Shown here: one piece after another, positions 39,574-51,989 of the stretch
Layout: every line of letters starts with the position of its first letter
Position numbering within the stretch: position 1 is the first letter of the stretch
DNA from: Isurus oxyrinchus
Taxonomy: Eukaryota
Length of the DNA stretch: 64,000 nt
NCBI GenBank assembly: GCA_026770705.1
Contig: JANJGN010000004.1
Span: 95,790,001-95,854,000, forward strand
Direction: 5' to 3'
Position numbers and translations under genes: made by a program
The notes under the pieces: model-generated
What the model saw: only the letters and a program-made list of their open reading frames with translations
Database searches by the model: none
Told to the model about the DNA's origin: nothing

Positions 39574-40025
39574 TCCTACCTCTAGGCCAGGAGCTCAAGG
39601 TTCAAATCCCACTTTGGGATTTGATGGTTATGGAAAGTGTGTGCACAACATGACAAAATAGGCTAATTATTAGCCTATAAATTCTTCTAACACACCAATC
39701 AGCCATACTGCAGAAGGCATCAGTAAACCACTGCAGTACTTTGCCAAGCATAATCATGGACCAATCTAATGGAAATCCATGGTTGCTAACACTCTCTTAG
39801 GGCATGGTAACTGAAAGAGGAGGAGTCTTTCTTACATCTTGCAGTATTTGTTATGTGCCAGTGTGCCTCATGATGGTTATGGATCCAAGTACCACCAAAG
39901 TCATGACTGAAATCATGGTAAATAGTCCAGTACAATACTGAGGGAAAGTGCTATCTTTTGGGTGCGATATTAAACTAAGGGATCAAATGAATGTAAAACA
40001 ATTCAAAGAACAGCAGACTCCTTTT

Positions 40026-43000
40026 GGGTTAAATTCAATAGTCCCAAAAACAGGTGTGGGGATTGTGATGCACCTGTTGATTGCGATACAGGCAGCATGT
40101 TAACTTGGTACTGCTTGCTCATTTCAATGATTTTAGCATCGAACCACGCTAACTGTGTTGTTGATTGGTTGGACGTAAGCAGCAACAAGTAAATATTGTG
40201 AGCGGCCACCACCACTTAAAGCTGGTATGCTCTGCTTAAAGCTAGTTTACACCTATTAAAAGGTGCACCTTAGCTGGAGCAGTTGCTTGCAGTTGGGCAG
40301 GAAGTGAATTTAATGCGGGAAAGAATGGCACAATATGGAAGAGAGATGTTCCCAAAGGTTTTCAGAAGCTGCAACGGAGGCCTTGTTGGAGTAAGTGGAA
40401 AGGAGAGATGTCCTGTACAGAAGGCCTTCCAGCCATCACAATCTGAAGGCAGTGGGAGCACATAGCCATAAGGTCAATGCCAGGATCAAACCCTGAAGAT
40501 CTTGATGTCGTGCCGCAAGAAGTTCAATGACCTTACACAAGTGGCCAAGGTCATTCAATGCACCTTCTGATACCATATCCTACAAGCAGCAACATTAGCC
40601 TTGGATACTGGTCAATTCACTACACCCCCATCACCATCTTTTAAGAATCTCTAGAAATCAGGACTCCTACTTGAACATTCTGCCATTCTGCTCCTCATAT
40701 CCATGCTGGTCAACAGAGAGCTACCCAGCCTAATCCCATGTTGGGTCTGTGTCCCTGCAGATCACAGTACCTAAAGAACTCATCCAAATACTGCTTAAAT
40801 GTGGTAAGAGTTTCTAATCTACCACCCTGTCAGGCAGGGAGTTCCAGGTTCCCACCAGCCTTTGGGTGAAAAATGTTTCCTCATTTACCCTCTAATCCTT
40901 TGACCAATTACTTTAAATCTATGCCCCTAGCTTTTGACCCCTCTGCTAAGGTAAAAAGGTTATTCCTAATTTATCTAGCTTCTTCATAATTTTGTATACC
41001 TCAATTAAGTAACCCCTCAACCTCCTCTGTTCCAATTAAACAACCCCAGCCTATCCAAACATTTCCTTACTTGTTCAGCACCATTCAAGACTCCTCAGAT
41101 ACTGAAGCAGTCTATGCCCAAATGCAGCAAGACCCAGAAAATATCCAGATTTGGGCTGACAACTGGCAAGTAACATTTGTGGCATACAAGTACCAGGCAA
41201 TGTCCATCTCCAACAAGAGAGAATCTAACCATCACCCTTTACATTCAATGGCTTTACCAAAGTGCAAAAAATAAAGCTGAAGTATTGGCTACAATCTTCA
41301 GTTAGAAGTGCCAAGCGACGCTCGCATCCCATGAGCGAATATTGAAAGAAGCTAAAATTTTCCAGTCTTGGCAACACCCTCGTAAATCTCCTTTGCAACC
41401 TCTTCAGTGTGATCACATCTTTCCTATAATGTAGTGGCCAGAGCTGTATGAACTGCTCAAGCTGTGGTCTAATTTAGTGTTGATACCAATACAATCCGCA
41501 TAGAGACCGATAACTTAAATGGGGTGAATTTCCCAGTGACCAGTGGAAATTACCGAAGGACAAAATTTCACATTTTAAGACTTTTACCGTAGCAAACAAA
41601 CTTAAATCAACATAGATCAAACATTACTTAACAGGCAACAAATAGACTAAATTTAAAAAATGGTACTTAACTAATGCAATCACAATATGTCTTATAACTT
41701 TTTCATTTTGCTCACTTCTGGCAGATGTGTAGCATTACAAGAACAAGTTGACAACTACTCCTGGCTCTCCAGTAGGCTCACTTCACCCCACTATGCCAGG
41801 TCAAAACTTCCAGTGCTCTTCAAAAATTGCTCCACTTAGCCTGAGTCTTCCAGATCTGATTCTCACTAGTAAGGCCCACTTTGGTGACTTCTTATTCCTT
41901 CAGTCTCCAGGAGTCCTATCAATTCCATCCCCTTCCTTTCAAACATGACAGAAATCCTCATAAACTTGGTTGCTAACACAAAACAGTCCTTTTCTGCTCT
42001 TCATAGCCGTAGCTGCTTTGTCTCTCTCCCCACAGCAGTATCTGCCTTGTCTATCTCTATATTTCAACAGCAGCTGTCCTTTTCTTGTGAGTTACTCAGT
42101 CAAGGTGTGAGAAATGTCACTTGATTTCAATAGGTTTCTGTTTGAGTTTCTTTCCCATAGCCACCAGATCACGTAGGCATGTCCCCAAGTTAGGGTGCTT
42201 CTGGAATTCTAATTTCTATGTTAAGTTAAAGGGGGCATTTTGAAACATGACTGGCTTGTAAAGTCCAGGTTCATAACAATAGCATTCTAGCATAACCTCC
42301 CTGCTCTTATATTCCATACCTCAAGTAATAAAATAAATCACACCAAATGCCTTCTTAACTACCTTAGTGACCTGTCCTATAACCTTTTAGGTCTGTGGGC
42401 ATACAATTCAAGCTCCCTATCATCCTCTATATACTCAAGCATCCTCCCATTTATTCTGTATTCCCTTGACTTGTTAATCCTCCCAAATTGCTTTACCTCA
42501 CGATTCCCTAGATTGAATTCCATTTTCCACTTTATTGCCAAATTGACCAGGCCATCTATATCATTCTGCAGTCTAAAGCTTTCTTTGTCACTGTGAACCA
42601 CATGGCTAATTTTTGTATCATCTGCAAACTTCTGTATTATGGCCCCTACATTTAAGTCCAAGTCATTGTTATAAGTTACAGAATGCAAGGGTTTTGAGTA
42701 CTGAGTCCTGCAGAACTTTACTGGTAACAGCCCTCCAGTTGCAAAAACAACCATCTATCATTTCCCTTTGCTTTCCAACACAGCCATTTTTAGAAACACT
42801 TTGCCACTTTCCCTTCAATCCCAAGGGCTTTTCATTTGGCCTGAGTACTATGTGGGATGCTGTCGAAAGCCTTGCAAAAATCCATGTAGGCCATATCCAC
42901 CGCACTGCCCCATCAACCCAATTGTCACTTGCTCAAAAATTCAATCAAGTTAATCAGACATGACCTTCCCTTAACAAATCTATGCTGACTCACTTTGATT

Positions 43001-45212
43001 AATCTATGCCATTCTATGTGAAGGTTTACACTGTCCTTCAGAATTGACTCTAATGAATTGCCACAAAGGAATTGAAGTTAACAGGCCAATAATTATTTGG
43101 ATTATCCCTTCCTTTCTGCTTAAACATTGGTACAATGTTGACAGTCCTCCAATTCTCTAGCAAAGGAGTACTGAAATATGATAGTCAGAACCTCCACAAT
43201 TTTCTCCTTTGCTTCTTTTAACAACTCAGATAAATTTCATCCGGGCCTGGCAATTTATCTACTTTCAGAGACATCAAACCTTTAAATATTTCCACTCTTA
43301 CAGTGTTTATGCCATCCAATATTTCATCTTCTTTCTCCTTAATTACAATGTCATTATCATCCCACACTTCTGTGAAGACATCTGTAAAGGTTTCATTAAC
43401 AGCCTTACCCAAATCCTTTCACCTCCACACATAGATTACTTTTTTGGTCCTTAACAGGCCCTGCTCTTTCCTTAGTTATCCTCTTGCTCTTTATGCACTC
43501 ATACAGGGACTCGGGAATAGTCAGGGACAGTTATTGACTTTTGTATGCAATAGGAATGATTTAATTTATAAATCTGGTTGGCAATTCCTTATGTGGTGGC
43601 TTTTATTTTTGCACCATGGCCAAAGAATGTTGTAATGGTCAGTGACAGATAAGGTGTGATAAGGTGTGGGACTGTTAGTAAATGGGGAATTAGGGTTTTG
43701 GTTACTGGTATTGTACTAGGATGAGTTATTCATTGACCATATAACCAGTAAAGGCCTGTCTACATTGCCCCCTTCCTTCTTCTTCCTCCTGCTCATGCTT
43801 CTGCACCTCAGCTGTTTGCTTAACAGCTGGTGGAAAGGGCTGTCCCTTCATGATGGTGAGTTTATTCAGCATGCAGCAGACCACCACAGATTTTGACACC
43901 CGCTCTCCCAAGTACTACAGAGTTTCTCTAGAGTAGTCCAGGGAGAAGAGGCATTGTTTCATCTTACCAGTGGAAAACAGTATGGCTTTCATTGCATGTA
44001 TGCTGTGCACATCTGCATAGGTTGCACATTGGAATCATCAGCCTTATATCACCCAGTAGCCATCCACTGGTGGTGATGATGGCTCAAATGCAATGGGCAC
44101 AGTGTATTTCAGCAGAAAGAAGGATCATGATTAGTGCCAGGATCTCAAGTGTTAACCTGCATGATTTGGTGCCTAGGGGGACACACTGGTTGGACATTGA
44201 AGTGGTGGAGTCCATTTTGGTTTCTGTGTAGAGCAGATTTGACATATGTTGATAGTAAAACTATGTGTTTTGCAACCTGTACCATGTAGAAGCCTGAAAA
44301 TATTGTGAAGCCATGTGCTCTCTTGCCTGCTTCTCCCTGGCAAGAGAGAAGGAAATGTGGTTAGTTCTCAATGGATAGAGAGCGTCAGTGACTTCCCTTG
44401 CAGAACAGTGGATGGCAGACTGTGAGATGCCAAAAATATCTCCTGACACCTTATAACGTTCAGCACAATCTTCACAGCCACTAGCAATGTGGTCCTTGCC
44501 TGCTTTGTTGCAATTGGGGCTGCAGCAGGTGACAGATTTCAGTGAGGACATCCATAGGGTAGTGCAGACATCTCACACATTGCTCCCTGAAACCCTAGCC
44601 AGATATGGCCTCCTACTGAGAGCCCTTCTCCCCCTACTCCTCCTCCTTCTTCCAGCAATTTGTCCTGCTTTGTGTGACCTCTGTTTATTCTCCTAGTTAA
44701 GCCATTTCCAAGGGGAATGGCTACTCATCACACCCATGTCTGGGAGCAACCAGTTTGTGCAGAAACCTTGAAATCAGGAAAAAAAAACCTTTAACGCTTG
44801 CCATACCACTCCCTGTGGACTTTTGCAGCAGAAAAGAACCAAATAAAGCACCAAGTACTTGTAGAGTTGATGCAACTGCCAAAGGAAATCTATCAGTAAT
44901 TAACTCATAAGTAGTGGCTGATCCCATTAAACAGCATTGTGGCGTGTCCTTCCTGCTGCGGAATGCTTTTCAGCTGTGTCAGGTTAAGAAAGGGCATTAA
45001 CTCCAAAATGGCATCACTCATCAAATCAGCATTGCACACTGATTGACATCATGATGTTCGTGCTCTTGATACTTCTACCTGCTGTTCAATATGCACGTGC
45101 TGATGACCTTACCAGTATCGTATCCAGCGCATCCACCTTAAAAGGTGTGCACACTCGCCACTAAAACATTGTGGAGCCCTAAGAATGGGCACAAACAATT
45201 TCAATTTCTCGC
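40026..45212. mobile_element. Decayed autonomous-type Harbinger/PIF transposon (Myb/SANT ORF on +, ~40305-40550; HARBI1-like transposase on -, ~43720-44720), splitting a DeuSINE and containing nested LINE fragments
   Basis: CRKKFNDLTQVAK on plus. GDIFGISQSAIHCSAREVTDALY, GWLLGD and VVVCCML on minus. DeuSINE halves at ~39920-40025 and ~45213-45305. Confidence 0.7.
40720..43500 (-). mobile_element. CR1 LINE 3' half, fragmented by insertions at ~41071-41350 (CR1/L2-group piece, +) and ~41485-42278 (unclassified, LTR-like end)
   Basis: KFADDTKI, DFCKAFDSI-like, PGPDEIY and LKRLQRRFTRVLP motifs in minus frames. Confidence 0.75.
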
Positions 45213-46201
45213 TTAATGTCTCGGCCAATATTCATTCCTCAATCACTGTCATCACAACAGACTTTTGGTCACTCATCTCATGGCCATTTGTGGGAGCTGG
45301 CTGTGAAGTACTTTAGCATGTCACCAAGCACAAGAAGATCCTATAAATCTTCCTTGTGGCTTATGGAGCAAGGGGTGTTATGTGGAATTTCACAAAACAA
45401 GAGTTTACAGCAAGAGGTTTTGGAGATGCAAGTCACCAATACAGCAAGTCACTGTCCTGCTAACATTATAGAAATAAAACATTAATCCAGTTTCAGACAA
45501 AAAGCATCAATAAAATCCTCCCTGCATATAACGCACCTATGTCTTAATGAATTTGCTATAAGTATTGTTGAACTTAGTCTGATTTTTTTCAGTTCAAATC
45601 TGAATTGATTTAATTCAGATCCTTTTCTACCCTGTTATTTCCCAGCATAGTTCATGTTTTGCCAGGAGGACGAAACACTCTGTGCTGGATGTCTCTGTAT
45701 GGCCCCATCCTTGTCTCAACAAAGTTGACAGTTGCTTTTCCGCAAGTGCAACAGCTTTTGCTGCTTGCAACGTTCGGTGTTTCTTTTGATAACTTAAGGC
45801 AGGTTTTCCTAGTCCTACCACTGCAGCCAAAAGTCGGTTTCCCGCTGGTGTAAAGATAATTTGAAATTTTCCGATCCCGAACTCCATGGCAGGTCAGGTA
45901 GCCCCCCACCGCCCCCCCGCGTCATGTCGGGAATGTCATTTGCATATATTTGAAAATCATGAATACTCATTAGGAACCCAGCTCGCTAGAATCATGCCCC
46001 CACTCCAGATCAGATGGCCACACCGGCGGATAATTAGACTGGTGTGATTCATGGCTGCATGTAAGTGACGTGCATCTAGCAAACTGCATTTCACTCGGGA
46101 CCTTGAAGAGTGCACACATAGTGCTCACCTACCTTTCACTGCACTGTGTACACAGCTAATCCAACTCCCATGCCAGGGTTGCTTAGGCAAGACCAGCAGG
46201 A

Positions 46202-46258
46202 ATGCTTACCTGGCAGGGGAGAGACCTTGATCGGGTTTCTGCCAGGGAAAGGTCATCA
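46202..46258 (+). ncRNA. U1 snRNA-derived 5' head of the Tx1 LINE (not a functional U1 gene)
   Basis: 46202-46232 ATGCTTACCTGGCAGGGGAGAGACCTTGATC matches vertebrate U1 nt 1-31 at 28/31. It is followed by GGGTTTCTGCCAGGG, similar to U1 GGTTTTCCCAGGG, with part of loop I missing. Confidence 0.85.
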
Positions 46259-46262
46259 AGCA

Positions 46263-47225
46263 ATGGCTATAACCAATCAAACCCCATACTATGGGGTACC
46301 TAACACCATCTGAGTCATGGTGAAGGGCAGCGAAGAAGGAGTAGTTATGGATCGGGCCTTCTTCACCAAGAGGATCCTATACAAGGTGTGTGGTTTTGAG
46401 GCTGCAGAGATCTATTGCCTACAGGACTTCCCCAGCGCTGGATTTTTTGATGTGACGTTCAAGCAAGTGGCAGCTTGCATCAAGCTCCTGAAGGCGTTTG
46501 AGGAGAAGAGAGACCTGCCAGAGATAAAGATCCTGACAGCGGAGCCACTCTTTGCTCTGCTGTTGCAACGGGACCGGGTAGTGACGGTGCATCTTTACAA
46601 CCCCTTCGTCCCTGTCGCTGACGTGCTCACCTTCCTCACCAGGTACTTCAATAAGGTTGGGAGCTGCACCGCGGTTAGAGATGATTTGGGGATCTGGACA
46701 TGCAAACGCCAGGTTAAGGTCACGCTCAAGACCGATGATAAGGGAGCCATCTTCCACCCTCCTTCCAGATTCGCTATCGGGGGAAGCCGTGGCTACCTTG
46801 TCTACACTGGGCAACCCAAACTTTGTCGCTCATGTGGCAAGGCTGGTCATGTGGTGGCCAACTGCAGCGCCGTCCTCTGCAAGAACTGCAAACAGGAAGG
46901 GCACCAGACAAAAGATTGCAAACAGGCTAAGTGCTGCAACCTGTGTGGGGAGGCAAGTCACCTCTACAGGACCTGCCCCAAACGTTGCCGTACTTATACA
47001 CAGGCAGCCAAAGCCAATGAGGGGGAAGCAGAAGAAATGCCTCATGTCACTCCAACCACCAAGGCCCCCAGGGAGAACAACGGGACAAAGGAGGACACAG
47101 AGAGAGATAAGGTGGAGGAAAAGATTGGGGCAACAGACAGCCAATCAACAACACTGCCCCCTGAACCTCTCACTCCTCAGGTGAGTGAATCAATGGAGGA
47201 GGAGGAGGCAGCAGTGGAAAAGTAG
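46263..47225 (+). pseudogene. Tx1 ORF1 (ZCCHC3-like N-terminal region plus three CCHC zinc knuckles), disrupted
   Basis: ATG 46263; in-frame TGA at 46311 (probably CGA decay); open 46317-47225. Knuckles CRSCGKAGHVVANC, CKNCKQEGHQTKDC, CNLCGEASHLYRTC. A low-complexity tail probably continued to ~47780. Confidence 0.85.
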
Positions 47226-47787
47226 CAGGGGGAGTGAAGAGAGCCAAAAGGAAGAAGGGGCTAAGAAGGAACCAAGCCATTTCTCAGACAAGAGGCAAGA
47301 GGCATGGATAACAAGGGCAGCATCTCTTTGGACGAAGAAGGGCCAGGGCGGCACCGACAGAAGAAGCGGCAAAACGTTAGGGAGTTGGAGGACAAGACAC
47401 CCAAGCTCCAGAACATTGGAGACAATGAGGAGACCAGCGCACCCCAACTTTGCCCACAACCCGAAGAGGCCAGTGCACCACAGCCCCAGGAATCTGGAAG
47501 CAGTGAGGCGCTCAGCGCATCCCAGCTCCGGGAAGCTGGGAGCAGCAACGCCCCAGAGAGGGAGAGGATTGAAGAAGCTTCTCCAATGAAGGTTATTTCA
47601 AACCCCGCTCTCTGCACAGACCCCTAGATGCCACCCGAGCAGAACATTGCCAATGGGGAGGGTCAGGACAGTTTCCTCAGCCCATCCAAAGTAAGGCAAT
47701 ATGAGCACACTACGGGCATGAAGGAGCAGACTAAAGGTCTGGGACTCTCAGAGACAACAGGTTTGGTAAGAGAATAAATGCTTTAAA

Positions 47788-50700
47788 ATGGATTTAAAGA
47801 TTATATCCATAAATGTGCATAGCATTAAATCTACTACGTGATGTGTTGCAACCTTAGACTACTTGCCAAGGTCAAAGCTGACCTGTTGTTTCTGCAGGAG
47901 TGTGCAATACTGCACCTCAGCTCCTACAGGCAATGGTCACAATGGTGGGCCCATGGGCCATCGATCTGGTCGGGAGGAAATGACTCTCGTTCCTCCGGCC
48001 TGGGGATTCTGCTGCGGGGAGGCAACTTCACCGTCTCCCAGGTTAAGGAGGTGGAGGGCGGGCGCCTCCTCGTAGCAGACGTAATGTACAAGAATGCTCC
48101 ACTCCGGTTAATTAACGTGTACGCCCCGTCACAAGGGGCTGAGTAGCTGGAGGTTTATCAGCAGCTCCCACTGCTGCTGGTGACCTCCAGGCCGGTCATT
48201 CTGGGTGGGGACTTCAACTGCATCATCGATGCGGCTGGACGATCCAGCAAGGCCGACAGCAGATTGGACACTACATCCAGATCCCTGATGGAAACAGTAA
48301 AGGATGCCAAGCTGCACGACATCTTCTGCAACCCTGCAGACGGAGCACAGCATAGATACACCTGGTCGCGGCCTGCGGGTCCATCCATTCCGGGATAGAC
48401 TTCCTGTTTGTGTCCCGTGCATTCGCAGTCAGATCCACCGACGTCAAGCCGGTGTTTTTCTCTGACCACTGCCTCCTACTGGCTGACTGCCACTTAGAGA
48501 AAGACCAGAGTGTGGGCAGGGAGGCATGGAAGCTAAACGTGCAACTGCTGACCCCAGAGAACATTGAGGAGCTCAAGAGGGATTACAAAGGTTGGAGAAC
48601 TGTGAAACCCCTCTTTGAGTCACTGACACACTGGTGGGAATCGATCAAGGGAAACATCAAGAGGTTTTTCATCCTCAAAGGCACCCAGAAAGCTAGAAAG
48701 GAACAGAGGGAAATCTCTCGACTCCAGAAAAACATGCAGAATCTGCTCCGGCTGCAGTCGATGGGGGTCAATGTCAAGGAGGAACTCCTTGGAGGCCTCC
48801 AAGATCATCTTCCGTTCCAGAGTCCACTCCGTGGAGCGGGATGAGACGTGCTCACGTTTCTTCTTCCAAAAGGTACACAGAGAGAGCTCTGTGATCAGCA
48901 GCCTGAAGGAAGAAGATGGCTCAGTAAAGTCATCTCAATCCGACATTTTGAGGATCAGCAAATCCTTTTATGCCGGATTGTATGACGTGAAGCCCACAGA
49001 CAGCACGGCCTCCCAGTCCTTCCTGTCCTCTTAGGTCTTAGACAACAGTACACGGGAGAGCCTGGACAAATCGCTAACTCCTGACGAACTGACCAAGGCC
49101 CTTGAGTCCTTCGAGAAGAGTAAAACTCCCAGAAGTAACGGCTTGCCGGTGGAGTTGTATTCGGCTCTGTGGGACTGGATCGGCCCGGACCTGCTAGAAG
49201 TATACGAGAGTATGCTCCTGTCCGGTAGTATGTCAGAATCCATGAGGAAAGGCATTATCACCCTCATCCAAAAGCACAAGGGGGAAAGGGAGGAAATTAG
49301 AAATTGGCGACCCATTTCACTGTTGAATGTGGACTATAAGATTCTGTCCAAGGTCATCGCCAATCGGGTCAAATCCACTCTGGAATTGGTGATCCACCCT
49401 GACCAGACCTGCACTGTGCCGGACAGGATCTCTGACAGGCAATCGTATCCCTGAGCAGCGTGAGGCTATGTACAGGACAGGGGTGTGGATACCTGCCTCA
49501 TCAGCCTGGATCAGGAGAAGGCCTTTGACAGAATACATGGTGGGCATGCTCTCCAAAATGGGGTTTGGGGAGGGAATTCACAATTGGATCCAACTGCTCT
49601 ACACTAGCATCAGTAGCGCAGTCTCAATCAATGGGTGGGAATCAGATAGCTTTCCGATTAAATCTGGAGTCAGGCAGTGCTGTCCTCTCTCGCCTGTTCT
49701 TTTCATGTGTTGCATAGAACCCTTTGCTGAGTCCATCAGGAAGGATCTGAGCATAAGAGGAGTGACGATCCCAGGTAGTGGAGGCACTCAAATCAAAGCC
49801 TCCCTGTACATGGACGATGTCGCCGTCTTCTGCTCAGATCTGCTGTCGGTGCGCAGACTGATCCACATCTGCGACCAGTTCGAACTGGCCTCGGGAGCCA
49901 AGGTAAATAGTGGGAAGAGCAAGGCCATGTTCTTCGGTAACTGAGCTGACCAATCTTTTGTCCCCTTCACCGTCAGGGCTGACGGCCTGAAGGTGCTGGG
50001 GATATGGTTCGGAGGGACCAGGGCATGCGTTAGAAACTGGGAGGAGCGAGTGTCTATGGTGAAAAGGAAACTGGGCATGTGGGAGCGACGCTCCCTCTCC
50101 ATTGCAGGTAAGAACCTGGTCATCAGGTGTGAGGCACTCTCGCTGTTGCTGTACGTGGTGCAGGTCTGGCCCATTCCACGCTCCTGCGTGGTAGCAATCA
50201 CCCGAGCCATCTTCCACTTTATCTGGAGATCGAAAATAGATCGTGTCTGCAGGGACACGATATACAAGCCTCTAGATAAAGGGGGAAGAAAACGTGCCCA
50301 ACATCGCCCTCATACTGATGGCCACCTTTGTGTGTGGCTGCATCAAGCGGTGCATAGACCCTCAGTATGCAAACACTAAGTGTCACTACATGCTGAGGTT
50401 CTACCTGTCCCCAGTGTTGCGAAGGTTGGGTCTGGTCACGCTGCCGCAGAACGCTCCAAGTAGTTGGACTGTGCCATACCACTTGTCGCTCGTGGAAAAA
50501 TTTATGCAGAGAAACACCTTTGACCACAAGTCCATCAGGCAGTGGTCGGCACGTAACGTCTTAGAGGTTCTGAGGGAAAAGGAGAGGGTGGATCCGGTGG
50601 GATGCTTCCCCGAGCGGACTGTCAAAGTCATTTGGCAGAATGCCTCATCGCCAGAACTTTCCAACAAGCACCAAGACGTAGCTTGGCTAGTGGTGAGAAA

Positions 50701-51137
50701 AGCCCTCCCTGTCAGATCCTTCCTACACGCCAGGAGTCTCAGCCCCTCTGCACGTTGCCCTCGAGGTGGCTGCGGTGTGGAAGAGACCATTGTTCACCTT
50801 CTTGTAGATTGTACCTTTGCAAAGAAGGTCTGGAGAGGTATGCAGTGGTTTCTGTCGAGGTTCATCCCGAGCAGTTCTGTGACACAGGACTCTGTGCTCT
50901 ATGGGCTGTTCCCAGGGACACACCAAGACAAACATCAACTGCAGCAAGAGGATCATCAACTCGGTGAAAGACTCTGTTTGGTCTGCCCGTAACTTGTTGG
51001 TCTTCCAGTGCAAAGAGTTGTCCCTGACCGAGTGTTGCAGACTGGCACATTCCAAAGTCCAGGACTACGTGCTGAGGGATGCACTAAAGCTTGGGGCAGC
51101 TGCCGCAAAGGTGCAATGGGGAAGGGTTGCTGCCTAA
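47788..51137 (+). pseudogene. Tx1 ORF2 (APE endonuclease, RT, C-terminal zinc finger), multiple stops and frameshifts
   Basis: MDLKIISINV, FLQE, GGDFN, SDH; WRPISLLNVDYKILSK, LDQEKAF, GVRQCCPLSP, YMDD; CPRGGCGVEETIVHLLVDC. Confidence 0.92.
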
Positions 51138-51960
51138 GACCTTTCTGCCACAGTGCACTGAGGGGCTGGGAACTGTAAAGAGCCCCTCGGGATGTACAGC
51201 TCAAAATGAATGTCTGCCAATGATTGTAATATTCATTGTTTGTACTGATACACCTTGTGATTCATGTTGTAAAAGTTGAACCTGATTGTACTTTTGTGAT
51301 GGTGATTTTGAAATGGTTTGAAATGTTGTTGAAGATTTATGAATAAAGTATATTTTTGCAAAAAAAAAAGACCAGCAGGAATGCGGGGCAGGTGGAGATC
51401 AGAGCCAAGGATTCTCAGGTGAGACCAGTGTGGAGGCCCAGAGGGGCAGGGTGAGGCTTGGATGGCAAAGGCTTCACTTTGGGAGATGGAGTGAGACAAG
51501 ACAGAGGCAAGGGAAGGCAAAGGCTTGACTGGGGTTGGGGAGGAAAGGAGCCTGGGCGAAAAGGGTGCATGGAGACACATGGCTGGAGATGGGTGATTGG
51601 GGAAGAGAGCACAGGGGTACATGACTTGGGGGGCATGCAGGGTGGAGAAATTAGTCAGGGCCTGAAAGCATAGACAGTCCTGGGTAATAGCGCAAGAAGT
51701 AGTTGGGGCCAGAAAGCATAGCCAGTCCTTGGCAATGGTGCCACACTTCAGAGAGCTGTGCTTGGGACGTTTGTCCTAGTTCCAGTCCAGGGAGGGGCCT
51801 GTCAGTCTGTGTCAGTTGGGTCTAGCATGGTGTGCGGGCATGGTCAATCCTTCACACATGTTGGGTCCTGGGGGTTAGTGGCTTGATACTGGGCTGCAGA
51901 TGGCACAGTCACAGTCAGAGGAGGCATCGGCAGCCTGTATGTGGGAAACAGGTAATGTAA

Positions 51961-51989
51961 GGGGGGGGGGGGGGGGGGGGGGGGAGGGG
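51961..51989 (+). repeat. Poly-G tract
   Basis: About 24 consecutive G, then AGGGG; length may be affected by sequencing error. Confidence 0.85.

Larger units (their letters stand above)
46206..51367 (+). mobile_element. Full-length Tx1-clade (L1 group) non-LTR retrotransposon with U1-derived head
   Basis: 17-bp TSD AAGACCAGCAGGAATGC (46189-46205, 51368-51384); ORF1 and ORF2; AATAAA at 51342-51347; poly(A) at ~51360-51369. Confidence 0.95.

Noticed and set aside
41485-42278. Solo LTR
   Set aside because: Ends in ..CATAACA and interrupts a CR1, but I could not fix a matching TG start or TSD; left unclassified.
46202-46258. A functional U1 snRNA gene
   Set aside because: Only the first ~55 nt are U1-like; no Sm site or stem-loop IV, and no PSE is evident. 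It lies inside a LINE TSD.
46206-46262. HDV-like ribozyme at the LINE 5' end
   Set aside because: I could not assign the nested double pseudoknot (P1, P1.1, P2, P3, P4, catalytic C) by eye; only simple hairpin alternatives are visible.
46317-47225. Host ZCCHC3 gene
   Set aside because: It is ORF1 of a Tx1 LINE with ORF2, poly(A) and TSD, and has an in-frame stop near its start.
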